This document shows positions 27,374-36,293 of a stretch of DNA of 64,000 nucleotides, one piece after another. Below the pieces are notes generated by a model that was not told where the DNA came from, searched no databases, and worked only from the letters and a program-made list of their open reading frames with translations. The stretch lies in NCBI GenBank assembly GCA_036400935.1, contig DASWWW010000001.1, positions 46,096 through 110,095 on the forward strand. Reading direction: 5' to 3'. This DNA comes from Minisyncoccota bacterium. GTDB lineage: Bacteria; Patescibacteriota; Minisyncoccia; Phycocordibacterales; UBA6065. A program made the position numbers and the translations under genes. The stretch's first letter is position 1; each line of letters opens with the position of its first letter.

Positions 27374-27937
27374 ATGAAAAAAATAATATTCGCTCTCGCC
27401 ATTCTCTCGATCGCGTCTGTGGCATCTGCCCAGACCTGGTCTAATCCGGGTTCGACCCCTACGGGAGGAAATGCGGCGACTCCGATCAACGTCAGCAGCG
27501 CGACTCAGGACAAGTCCGGAAACCTCAGCGTGGGCGCGTTCATCGCGACGCTCAATTCGCAGTTCACCCAGAAGCTCGGCGTCGGCATGGCTCCTTCGTA
27601 CAACCTCGACGTGAACGGCACCGTGGGCGCGACTACATATTTCTATACCTCTGACAAGAAGCTCAAGGCAAACATCAAGCCTCTCACAGGCTCTCTCGCG
27701 AATATCACAAAGCTCCAGGGCGTCAGCTTCGACTGGAAGAAGGACGGCACATCGAGCATCGGCCTTGTTGCTCAGGACGTAGAGGAGGTTTATCCGACCC
27801 TCGTCAGCGAGAATGACAAGGGTATCAAGTCGGTCCAATACGCGAATCTTGTGGCGCCGCTCATCGAAGCCATAAAGGAGCAGCAGAAGCAGATCGAGGA
27901 CCTCAAGGCGGAAGTAGCGGAACTCAAGGCGCGATAA
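27374..27937 (+). CDS. secreted protein with peptidase S74 intramolecular chaperone (tail-fibre) domain
   Basis: Signal peptide; YTSDKKLKANI, LQGVSFDW, GLVAQDVEEVYP, YANLVAPLIEAIKEQQ coiled coil. Confidence 0.9.
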   Translation: MKKIIFALAILSIASVASAQTWSNPGSTPTGGNAATPINVSSATQDKSGNLSVGAFIATLNSQFTQKLGVGMAPSYNLDVNGTVGATTYFYTSDKKLKANIKPLTGSLANITKLQGVSFDWKKDGTSSIGLVAQDVEEVYPTLVSENDKGIKSVQYANLVAPLIEAIKEQQKQIEDLKAEVAELKAR

Positions 27938-27953
27938 TCAATCAAACAAAACG

Positions 27954-28745
27954 ATGCGAAACCTCATAAAAATAGCCTTCGTAGCCCTCTCGCTCGTTCT
28001 CTTGCTCAAGACGGGAGACGCGATGGCCGCATCGTCCTGCAACTCCACATACTGCCGCGTTGAGCCGAGCGATACTCTTACTATCGATGCTCACGGTACT
28101 TGTTATGACATTTCCAACTATCCTCCGAACATCCCGATCTACGTCCCGATAAAGACAAGCGCGGAGTGGGCGAATTTCTACAATCACCTGCCGTCTAACG
28201 TAACGAAGGATTCGTGCGATCCTGGATATTCGGAGGGTGAGTACTATTCGGAGGGAACATACGGTCCTGCTTACTCAGAGGGATATTATCCGCCAGCATA
28301 TTCCGAGGGGTACTATCCTCCTTCGTATTCTGAAGGCTACTATCCTCCAGCTTACTCCGAAGGTTACTACCCTCCGACATACTCGGAAGGCTACTACCCG
28401 CCAGTGTATTCAGAAGGGTACTATCCGCCGGTCTATTCTGAAGGTTATTATCCACCAGTGTACTCGGAAGGCTACTATCCTCCGGTTTACTCCGAGGGCT
28501 ATTACCCTCCGACGTATTCCGAGGGTTACTACCCTCCGGTATATTCTGAGTCCGGCTATTACTCACAGGGCGGCTATTATTCGGAAAGCTCGTACGACGA
28601 AGGGACTTGCGACCCTCTCCAGGGCCCTGGATCCTATTCTTGTGAATGCACTGAAATCTGCGATGTGTATTCTGAATTGAATACAAATCCAGATGCGCTT
28701 TGCGATTGCGGAGGGGCAACTTGCGTTTTAACTTGTGGCGAATAA
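27954..28745 (+). CDS. secreted Cys-rich protein with Tyr/Pro tandem repeats
   Basis: Signal peptide; 10 x YSEGYYPP(A/S/T/V) between Cys-rich domains. Confidence 0.85.
   Translation: MRNLIKIAFVALSLVLLLKTGDAMAASSCNSTYCRVEPSDTLTIDAHGTCYDISNYPPNIPIYVPIKTSAEWANFYNHLPSNVTKDSCDPGYSEGEYYSEGTYGPAYSEGYYPPAYSEGYYPPSYSEGYYPPAYSEGYYPPTYSEGYYPPVYSEGYYPPVYSEGYYPPVYSEGYYPPVYSEGYYPPTYSEGYYPPVYSESGYYSQGGYYSESSYDEGTCDPLQGPGSYSCECTEICDVYSELNTNPDALCDCGGATCVLTCGE
28272..28541 (+). repeat. 10 x 27-bp coding tandem repeat
   Basis: In-frame units with heavy synonymous variation. Confidence 0.92.
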
Positions 28746-28757
28746 TTTAATATCCGT

Positions 28758-29252
28758 ATGACAAAAAGAATTAACATTGTCCTTCTCATTGTTCTTATTA
28801 TCGGATCGATGGTATTTGTCTATAAGGATCTCATTCGAACGGTCTACTACAACCTGTCTGGCAAAAATCCTCAGCAGACTGCCACAGAAGAGTTGTTCCG
28901 CTTAAGATCGAGCTCGTTTGTCGATGAAGATGCTAATGAAATATCGACCAAGGCCATCATATTGGCTCAAAAGGCGTCGGTAGCAACCACGACTATCCAA
29001 ATAGATTCATGTATGACTTCTCCTTCTGCAATTAAAATAAAATATGGAGATGTGTTCAGTTTCAGTAATATTGGCAAGGGCACTTCTACCATCTCATTGC
29101 CGGCGCACGCATACAATCTCGCCCCGGGGGACTCTGTCTCCGTAAAGTCTTCGGACATTCAGGCCCCCTCGCAAAAAGAAGCATATTCGCTCTTTATTTA
29201 CTCATGTTCGGGCAGGCAGGGCCCCGCAGGCTATATTTATATAGGTAAATAG
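28758..29252 (+). CDS. membrane-anchored protein with cupredoxin-like C-terminus (resembles 33578..34060)
   Basis: IDSCMTSPSAIKIKYGDVFSFSN ... YSC..GYI. Confidence 0.6.
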   Translation: MTKRINIVLLIVLIIGSMVFVYKDLIRTVYYNLSGKNPQQTATEELFRLRSSSFVDEDANEISTKAIILAQKASVATTTIQIDSCMTSPSAIKIKYGDVFSFSNIGKGTSTISLPAHAYNLAPGDSVSVKSSDIQAPSQKEAYSLFIYSCSGRQGPAGYIYIGK

Positions 29253-29303
29253 CATATTGACTTTTAACACGAAATGTAGTAGTATTTAAGGGTAGCCTCA
29301 AAT

Positions 29304-29816
29304 ATGAAAACATTCCTGTTCTTCGTCTTCTTTGTAAGTATTTTCCCGATCCAAAGCTATGCTGCCAAGGATCCGAAAGCGGATGCCGATCTAATCCCAA
29401 GCCGTTTCCAGATCATGGTCTTTAACGGTTCTGCGAGGGCAGAAGAAAAAGACGGCTCAATCATCGACTTGTACGTAAAAATCGGGTTGCATCCGCGCGC
29501 TCAGTCCTCGGCTAGGATGCCTTCCGGAATGGTGTTCTTTCTCTGGGATGAGCAGGTTAAGCCACGCAAGCTAATTAAAGCGGTGCGGGCTGAGCCGGCA
29601 ACGGACGGCCGACACATTCCGGTTGAATTCAAGGCGCTTGAGCAGATCGTGGGTACCGGAGGTTGGAAATTCTCCGTATCCGTAGATATTCGGCATGAGC
29701 AGGCTTATGTAGGCCTTTACCGGGCCATAATTGCGAGTGCCAACGTGAAAGCGCTTGATAGGATAAGGGTTTCCGGTGACCCTAGTCGGGAAATATTTAC
29801 AATCAAGACCAAATAA
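29304..29816 (+). CDS. secreted hypothetical protein
   Basis: Signal peptide; own promoter (TTGACT-17-TAGTAT) and terminator. Confidence 0.7.
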   Translation: MKTFLFFVFFVSIFPIQSYAAKDPKADADLIPSRFQIMVFNGSARAEEKDGSIIDLYVKIGLHPRAQSSARMPSGMVFFLWDEQVKPRKLIKAVRAEPATDGRHIPVEFKALEQIVGTGGWKFSVSVDIRHEQAYVGLYRAIIASANVKALDRIRVSGDPSREIFTIKTK

Positions 29817-29938
29817 AGTCAGTTCGAGGCGCTCCGAAAGGGGCGCTTTTTTATGGGGATAACCGATCAAGAGATGGTTTGACTTCTGATGCAAGAAGTA
29901 GTAATATGAAGGAGCAGTTTCAAACCTCGGATACCACC

Positions 29939-30376
29939 ATGAAATTGACAAGACTGTTCTTCGTCGTCGCGGTAATCCTTACCGCTTCTGTTTCTTCGGC
30001 ACAGGTCGAGACTGAGGTTCTCCAGCTGCGGGCTTTCCAAGTTTTTGCAGCAATTGGTGACCTCGTTCCGATCGTCGGAGACGCCAATGATCCCGATAGT
30101 CCCGTGAAGAAGATCTGGGTGAAGGGAATTTCCAAGGAGTCGCCGGCCTACAAAGCTGGCGTACGCAAGGGAATGTTTATCACCCACATCGAATCCGTGG
30201 CCGTCGAGGGTCTGACAATTGCCCAACTGACTCAAGCTACCGAGAGGCTCAAGGTTTACGGTGACCACTTCAAGGTCATCGCCACCAAGAACTTCAGCAG
30301 CTCGACTGAGCTCGTGTTTCCTGTCCCGATTCCTCGGGCCCGGCAAATTACGACGCCGTCTTTTGCAAGCAATTGA
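29939..30376 (+). CDS. secreted PDZ-domain protein
   Basis: Signal peptide; VKGISKESPAYKAGVRKGMFITHIESVAV. Confidence 0.75.
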   Translation: MKLTRLFFVVAVILTASVSSAQVETEVLQLRAFQVFAAIGDLVPIVGDANDPDSPVKKIWVKGISKESPAYKAGVRKGMFITHIESVAVEGLTIAQLTQATERLKVYGDHFKVIATKNFSSSTELVFPVPIPRARQITTPSFASN

Positions 30377-30488
30377 CGTTCTGACGTCTCGCTCGCCGAC
30401 CCAACGCACCGTCTCCCATGATGGTGCGTTTTTTATTGCCCGGATTTTGATTTGCTCTTGGCGTTGTTGCGGCATACAATTTCATCAA

Positions 30489-31961
30489 ATGAATTATCTC
30501 CGAAAACATGCTGCGCTCGCGGGAGTCCTTGTCGCTTTGATGCTTTTGGGCGGGTTGCTCAGGCTCTGGGATCTGGGTGAGCAGTCTTTGTGGATTGATG
30601 AGGGCTTTACGATGAATGCGGCCCTGTCCGTCCACGAGAAGGGTCTACCGATCCTTGAATCTGGCGAATTCTACCGGAACGGGATTCTTTCCGTATATAT
30701 GATTACTTTTGTGGAGAAGGTTTTTGGCATTGATCCTTTTTCGCCCTGGCCCGAACGTCTGCCTGCGGTTGTTTTCGGTACGGGGCTGATTGTCGCAGCC
30801 TATTTTTTCTATAGAGAGATCTTCAAGGATAAGGTCGGCGCACTTATACTCTCAGGTGCAATCGCTTTTTCATATTGGGAGATAGCCTGGTCGAGGCAGG
30901 CGAGGGGATATGCGATGTGCTCGCTTTTTATCACGGTTGCGCTCACGTTCTTGTGGCGGTATTCGAACTCCAAGAGGCCCTGCACATTAGCGCTTGCCAT
31001 CACTGGCGCGATTCTTGCCTATGTCTCGCAAGAATCGGCCTTGGCCTTTATCTTAATTGTTGGTCTGATGGTTGTGATATTTGCACATGACAGCAAAATG
31101 GAATCTGCTAGCCGGTCGTTCGCGCCTGCTGCCGCGCTAGCGGCTCTGTTTGGCATTTCAATGCTGGCTCAAGCCTTCTTGCCAAATATGCGGCCCTTGA
31201 GATTTGATGATTATTTCAATTCTCTGCCGCCTGAGCTTCTGGTTTCAATGTGTGGAGCGGTAACCGCGTGGATCTGGACTTTGCGAGCTCGTCAGGATAG
31301 AAGGGCGGTATCTTTCCTCGCTCTTGCCGGCTTTTCGTCGCTCGTCCTTATCCTGTTTTTTAGTCCCGCCGCGCAGTCTAGGTATCTTTTCCCGCTTTTT
31401 CCGATTTTCATCGCGCTTACTGTCTATCTTGCCCGGAACGCCGCCGATTATGTGTTTAAGGGTCTCGGATCGTGCTCATGCGTGCTGATCGCGCTCGCTT
31501 TGCTTGCCGCTCTGTACGCGCCCTTTCTGAATTTGCTTCCGCGTTCCACCTATTATTTGGAAAGCGGATCGCCTCAGCCCGATTTCAAGACGGCGTACGA
31601 TCTTATAAGGAAAAACAAAAAGGAGGGCGATATCATAATCTCCGGCTTTACCCAAATGCATAATGTGTATTTGGGCGAGAAGGGCATGTGGCTGAAGATG
31701 AATTTCAACGGCCCCGCCTCTGGCGCTGACGCCAAGGTGATTAATGGTTTTGACTATTATGTCGCCGCTCCGATAATCGTCGATTTCGAACAATTAAAGA
31801 AGGTTCTCGGGGAGAATACTGGCTATCTCGTTCTCGATTCAATGACCGATTCGCGTTGGCCTGAGATCTATCCGTATTTCGAGACATGCGGATGCGCGCA
31901 AAAAATCATAAGTGACCGCGGGGCTGTTGGCGGGGCCTCAATATACGTCTATAAGTTTTAA
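30489..31961 (+). CDS. GT-C / family 39 (PMT/ArnT-like) membrane glycosyltransferase
   Basis: LRLWDLGEQSLWIDE, RLPAVVFG, WSRQARGY and RYLFPLFP motifs; many TM helices. Confidence 0.88.
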   Translation: MNYLRKHAALAGVLVALMLLGGLLRLWDLGEQSLWIDEGFTMNAALSVHEKGLPILESGEFYRNGILSVYMITFVEKVFGIDPFSPWPERLPAVVFGTGLIVAAYFFYREIFKDKVGALILSGAIAFSYWEIAWSRQARGYAMCSLFITVALTFLWRYSNSKRPCTLALAITGAILAYVSQESALAFILIVGLMVVIFAHDSKMESASRSFAPAAALAALFGISMLAQAFLPNMRPLRFDDYFNSLPPELLVSMCGAVTAWIWTLRARQDRRAVSFLALAGFSSLVLILFFSPAAQSRYLFPLFPIFIALTVYLARNAADYVFKGLGSCSCVLIALALLAALYAPFLNLLPRSTYYLESGSPQPDFKTAYDLIRKNKKEGDIIISGFTQMHNVYLGEKGMWLKMNFNGPASGADAKVINGFDYYVAAPIIVDFEQLKKVLGENTGYLVLDSMTDSRWPEIYPYFETCGCAQKIISDRGAVGGASIYVYKF

Positions 31962-32034
31962 GACGATTGACTCTTTGGGCAGATGGGGTTATCACTGAGA
32001 GGTAACTCGTCATAATGTCAGATTTTACCAAATC

Positions 32035-32516
32035 ATGAGAGCCATGTTCTTTGCCTTTCTGTCGCTCGTTGCCGGCGTCATCTCGCGAGCGCAGACCGCA
32101 TCAGTTGAGTCTCCGGATAAGGACGCGGTAGTTTCGATGCTCCCGTTTATTGTTGCTGAGGGGAAGTACGTCGGCTATCGCTTTCACATCAAAGCGAGCC
32201 GTCGTGATCCTGTCAGCGGAGAGCCGATCATCGATCAGCTTTCCGTGAAGGATGTCGTTCTTGATTCTGTGCCTGGTCGCGCTGGGTTTCGGGACGGCTT
32301 TGAGATTAAGACGATTCAAGGCGTGCCGGTCGAGGGTCAAGACTATGAGTCCCTTGTTAAGAAAATCTTAGAGGCAATCCGGATCCAGAAGTCCCCGCAC
32401 ATACTTCGGTTTAGCGTCATTGATCACAAAATAAGCGCCGATTCTCGATCTATATTCGGATCGGCAAAGCTCCTGAGGAAAACAATCAGCCGAGCGATGG
32501 TCCTGTTAAGGAGTAA
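32035..32516 (+). pseudogene. secreted PDZ-domain protein with an apparent 1-bp frameshift at the A-run 32428-32431
   Basis: PDZ-like DVVLDSVPGRAGFRDGFEIKTIQG; the alternative frame gives NKRRFSIYIRIGKAPEENNQPSDGPVKE* ending just before a terminator. Confidence 0.6.
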
Positions 32517-32547
32517 GGCTCGATCCGTTGCGAGGCCGCCTATTAAT

Positions 32548-32844
32548 TTAGGCGGCTTTTTTATTGCCGATAAGCCACAAATTGTATCCCGCGAGAACAA
32601 TGGGAAACGCATTCGAGAGTATTCCAACGCCATCGGTGTTCCCAAATATGAAGTAAGCGAGCAAGAGCAGGTTGCCCGATATGCTCATGTACCAGAATCC
32701 GCGCGAAACCACGGAGTTGCCGGCTTTGCGAGAGGTTATTACCTGCAGAACCCAGCGTCCGGCAAATAGCGCCGATCCCATAATGCCAATAATTTGCCAG
32801 CCGGTTATATCGAAATTCCCTAAGTGTATGAATATATTATGCAT
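32548..32844 (-). CDS. lipid A biosynthesis N-terminal (LAB_N) domain membrane protein
   Basis: WQIIGIMGSALFAGRWVLQ...SRKAGNSVV..GFWYMSI.G..LLLAY. Confidence 0.88.
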   Translation of the reverse strand: MHNIFIHLGNFDITGWQIIGIMGSALFAGRWVLQVITSRKAGNSVVSRGFWYMSISGNLLLLAYFIFGNTDGVGILSNAFPIVLAGYNLWLIGNKKAA

Positions 32845-33508
32845 GTTGTTTCATCTTTCGAGACAGGTGCTTCCTGATAAGCATCAGATGGCTCAGGCCT
32901 CTCACCGCGCGCCCCGAATTTGAATACTTGCTCTTTCCGGCGAAACGAGGGCGCTCCGCGATCGACAGCTCCGCGATCGACAGCTCCGCTCCGGCTAGCA
33001 AGTCTGGAATGAACCGATGCAGTCCTTCAAAAGGGAATAGGTGTTGGACGTGGCCCTTTCTGAATGCCTTCAGGGCGCATCCGGCATCGCGAGTTGCGCC
33101 GCTGCCCAGGACGAGCATGCGCGCCTTGTTGCCAATAATACCGCCGATTTTCTTGCTGATCGAGCTTTCGCGCTTCTCCCTATATCCGAATGCGCAATCT
33201 GCTTTTTTCAGGGCCTCGACTAGCCGCCCTATGTCACGAGGATCGCTCTGTCCGTCGCCGTCCATGGTCGCGCAGATATCGCCCGATGAGGCGAGCAGGC
33301 CTTCATAGATAGCAAATCCCTTTCCTTTGTTTGATGCGAAAGAAACTGTCCTAATGCCCGGAATGCTCTTAATAGCCTCTGTTGTGCCGTCTGTGCTTCC
33401 GTCATTTGCAACAATAATCTCTGCGTCTGGGTACAGATCGCGCACTTCATCCACGACGCGGCCTATCGACTCCTTCTCATTATAGACGGGGATCACTATC
33501 GAGATCAT
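32837..33508 (-). CDS. glycosyltransferase family 2 (DPM1/ArnC-like)
   Basis: ISIVIPVYNE, NDGSTD, TMDGDGQ, DAGCALKAFR and HRFIP motifs. Confidence 0.92.
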   Translation of the reverse strand: MISIVIPVYNEKESIGRVVDEVRDLYPDAEIIVANDGSTDGTTEAIKSIPGIRTVSFASNKGKGFAIYEGLLASSGDICATMDGDGQSDPRDIGRLVEALKKADCAFGYREKRESSISKKIGGIIGNKARMLVLGSGATRDAGCALKAFRKGHVQHLFPFEGLHRFIPDLLAGAELSIAELSIAERPRFAGKSKYSNSGRAVRGLSHLMLIRKHLSRKMKQHA

Positions 33509-33577
33509 GGCAGTAGTATATCCCAGTTTTTGCCTACTGTTAGATGATATACTTGGACTAATTAGCAAAAGAAATTT

Positions 33578-34060
33578 ATGAAATTGATCCTAAAAATCGC
33601 TCTCGTCGTTTTGTCGGTCATTGCTCTTGTCCTCGGCTATATGGTCTACAAAAAGGAAACAAAAGGATTCAAGAATGCCCCCATCTCCATAGACTCTGTC
33701 GCGGGCGCGGCCAATGCCGCTGACGGCGATATCTTTGCCTTCCCAAAGGCCGGCGCTACAAAAACCGAAAGGGCGGCCTTCTACCATGTCGTAGACAGGG
33801 CCGCGGTCCCGACGGAGAAAATCGATATTGCGGGCTGTGTGGCAAAGCCTCTTGCGTCATCAGTCGTCGCTGATTCAAAGATTACGTTCGTAAACAACGC
33901 TTCGGTCGCGCATACGGTCACTTTTAATCCGCAGCTTTCATTCAAAGTCCCTGCAAAATCGACGCTCGTGACAAAGGCGAGCTTCGGCAAGGGTCAGGGT
34001 ATATACGGCTTTGGATGCGACGATATGGGTCGGGCGGTCGGTGTAATCCTTGTTAAGTAA
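33578..34060 (+). CDS. membrane-anchored cupredoxin-like protein
   Basis: N-terminal TM; ITFVNNASVAHTVTF ... GIYGFGCDD...GVILV. Confidence 0.6.
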   Translation: MKLILKIALVVLSVIALVLGYMVYKKETKGFKNAPISIDSVAGAANAADGDIFAFPKAGATKTERAAFYHVVDRAAVPTEKIDIAGCVAKPLASSVVADSKITFVNNASVAHTVTFNPQLSFKVPAKSTLVTKASFGKGQGIYGFGCDDMGRAVGVILVK

Positions 34061-34066
34061 ATCTCA

Positions 34067-35281
34067 ATGATGAGAAAGCGTGTTAAGGGCTTCTGGCAAA
34101 AATGCGGCTGGCTGGGTGCGGCTGTTGCCATAATGCTGGCGCTCTGCGTCTGTATGGCCTCATATCTTGCTTACGGCGACTCGCTCCGTTACTCCGAGGC
34201 GGGCGAGCTAAAAGGGAAGGCTTTGAATTTCAAGGATCTCTCCGTATTTTTCGCCGATCTCGCCCATGAGAAGGGCGCGATCTACGCATTCGAAGTCCTT
34301 AAGCGCGCGCCGCTTCCCCCGAATATCGATATACATCTTTTGGGTCACGTGGTGGGCGATATCCTGTACGAGCAGGAAGGGCCTGAAGGAATCATGCTCT
34401 GCACTTCTGATTTCCGAAATGCCTGCTCGCATACGATCGTGATAGGCACGCTTCTTGAGAAGGGGCCCGATTCGTTTAGCGAGATCGCCGCTCTCTGCAG
34501 GCGCGCGCCGGGCGGCTCTGGCGCCTATACCATGTGCTTCCACGGCCTTGGCCACGGCGTCCTCGCTTTCAACGACTACGAGCTCCCAACGGCTGTAAAG
34601 ATGTGCGAGAAGGCGAGCCCTACCAGAGGCCGCGAATACCGCGAATGCGTAGGCGGAACGATCATGGAGATGATCTCCGGCGTCCATGACGTCGAGATGT
34701 GGAAGGAGAAGGTAAAAAAATATTTCAAAGATGAGGACCCTCTCTATCCTTGCAGCGCCTCTTTCATTCCTAATGAGGCGAAGAGCATGTGCTACACGTA
34801 CCTTACCCCGCATTTGTTCACGGCGGCGGGCGCCGATCTGGGCCGCCCGGATTTGAAGAGCATCGAAAAGGCATTTACATACTGCGACCCCCTGAAGGGC
34901 CAATCCCGCAACGCCTGCTTTGACGGCTTCGGGAAGGAGTTTGCAGTGCTCGTCCAGAATCGAGATATCCGTATTATCGAATCGATGACTGAAAAGCAGA
35001 TGACGAGGATGCTCGATATGTGCGAGCTCGCAAAGCCGCGCGACGGCCAGATCAAGTGCCTCTTGGGCGCCCTGCACTCGCTCTTTTGGGGAGGCGAGAA
35101 CGACCCTTCGGTATCTTTGCGCATGTGCGCCGTGGCCGAGACTCGAGGCGAAGGGAAGGAGTGCTATGAGGATCTTATCAAAACGACAGGGCATTATATT
35201 AGCGACAAGAAGAGGCGGACCGATATCTGCGAGGCGATGATCGAGCCATATATCACCCAATGCAAAAAAGAGCTTATCTAA
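34067..35281 (+). CDS. Cys/His-rich extracytoplasmic protein, paralog 1
   Basis: N-terminal TM; HLLGHVVG, CSH, CFHGLGHG, CVGG.IME. Confidence 0.8.
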   Translation: MMRKRVKGFWQKCGWLGAAVAIMLALCVCMASYLAYGDSLRYSEAGELKGKALNFKDLSVFFADLAHEKGAIYAFEVLKRAPLPPNIDIHLLGHVVGDILYEQEGPEGIMLCTSDFRNACSHTIVIGTLLEKGPDSFSEIAALCRRAPGGSGAYTMCFHGLGHGVLAFNDYELPTAVKMCEKASPTRGREYRECVGGTIMEMISGVHDVEMWKEKVKKYFKDEDPLYPCSASFIPNEAKSMCYTYLTPHLFTAAGADLGRPDLKSIEKAFTYCDPLKGQSRNACFDGFGKEFAVLVQNRDIRIIESMTEKQMTRMLDMCELAKPRDGQIKCLLGALHSLFWGGENDPSVSLRMCAVAETRGEGKECYEDLIKTTGHYISDKKRRTDICEAMIEPYITQCKKELI

Positions 35282-36288
35282 ATTTTAAGAACTCACTTCT
35301 GATCGTCGCTGTCGCCGTTATGGCGATTGTCGTCGGATTTGAGTCGTATTTCCTTCTGAAAAACGACAAGCCTCAGGATCCCCTCAGAGCCCTATGGTCG
35401 GGCAATTTCACAAAGGAGCGCGAAGCTTGGAAGAAGCAAATCGACAGGGTTGGTACAGAAAAGGCGTATGAGGAATTCAGGGCAGAGACCCTCGCAAAGC
35501 CATTCGGCATCGGCCACACTCTCGCTCATATATTCGGCGAGCTTATTTACGACAAGGAGGGAGTGCCCGGCATCGCCTATTGCGACAGCTCGTTCTCGTA
35601 CGGCTGCTATCACAGCTTTTTCGGCAAGGCCATCAGCGAGCATGGCGTCGGAATCTTGCCCGACCTCGACAAGAAGTGTATAGGGCGCTGGGGCGAAGGG
35701 GGCCTGGGTTGCCAGCACGGCATTGGTCATGGACTTATGGGCTATCTTGGCGATGACAAGATAAACGAGGCCCTGGAATTGTGCGGGACCCTTACATGGA
35801 AAGGGGAATTGGGCGGCTGCTCGAGCGGAGTGTTTATGGAATACAATTTTCACACGATGCAGAGCCTGACGGGAATCGAGAATCGCCCATTCGACGCCAA
35901 AGATCCGCTCTACCCCTGCGAATCGGTCCCAAAGAAATACACACGATCCTGCTATTTTGAGCTCGCGGACTGGCTGGGCCAGGTATTTGCAAAGGATTAT
36001 ACGAAAGTGGGCGATATCTGCCGCACGGTCGCGGACAAGAATTCGCGGGACATTTGCTTCAAGGGCTTGGGCAATTCGCTTGCTGTAGCGGTATCGTTCG
36101 ACGTTGCGAAAGGGGTAAATGCCTGCTCGCGGCTCGATGGCGAGCAAGAGAATCTCCTTTGCAGGATAGGCGTCGGTTGGGCTTTCTATAGCGAGCCGAA
36201 TCTCAGGGAAAAATATCGGATGCTGTGCGGGGGTCTATCTACCACCGATCAGGCCACCTGCTTAAAAGAGGCAACGCTGCTAAAATAG
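35260..36288 (+). CDS. Cys/His-rich extracytoplasmic protein, paralog 2
   Basis: N-terminal TM; HTLAHIFG, GCYH, CQHGIGHG, CSSGVFME. Confidence 0.8.
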   Translation: MQKRAYLNFKNSLLIVAVAVMAIVVGFESYFLLKNDKPQDPLRALWSGNFTKEREAWKKQIDRVGTEKAYEEFRAETLAKPFGIGHTLAHIFGELIYDKEGVPGIAYCDSSFSYGCYHSFFGKAISEHGVGILPDLDKKCIGRWGEGGLGCQHGIGHGLMGYLGDDKINEALELCGTLTWKGELGGCSSGVFMEYNFHTMQSLTGIENRPFDAKDPLYPCESVPKKYTRSCYFELADWLGQVFAKDYTKVGDICRTVADKNSRDICFKGLGNSLAVAVSFDVAKGVNACSRLDGEQENLLCRIGVGWAFYSEPNLREKYRMLCGGLSTTDQATCLKEATLLK

Positions 36289-36293
36289 TCTCA

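Noticed and set aside
27374-27937. Tail-fibre chaperone as evidence of a prophage
   Set aside because: It has a Sec signal peptide and there are no capsid, terminase or portal genes around it
28272-28541. Regularly spaced repeats as a possible CRISPR array
   Set aside because: Contiguous in-frame 27-bp coding units with no unique spacers, and no cas genes in the window
34208-35260. Long antisense ORFs (also 22027, 39159, 45074, 45792)
   Set aside because: Shadows of GC-rich codon usage on well-supported genes, with no motifs of their own
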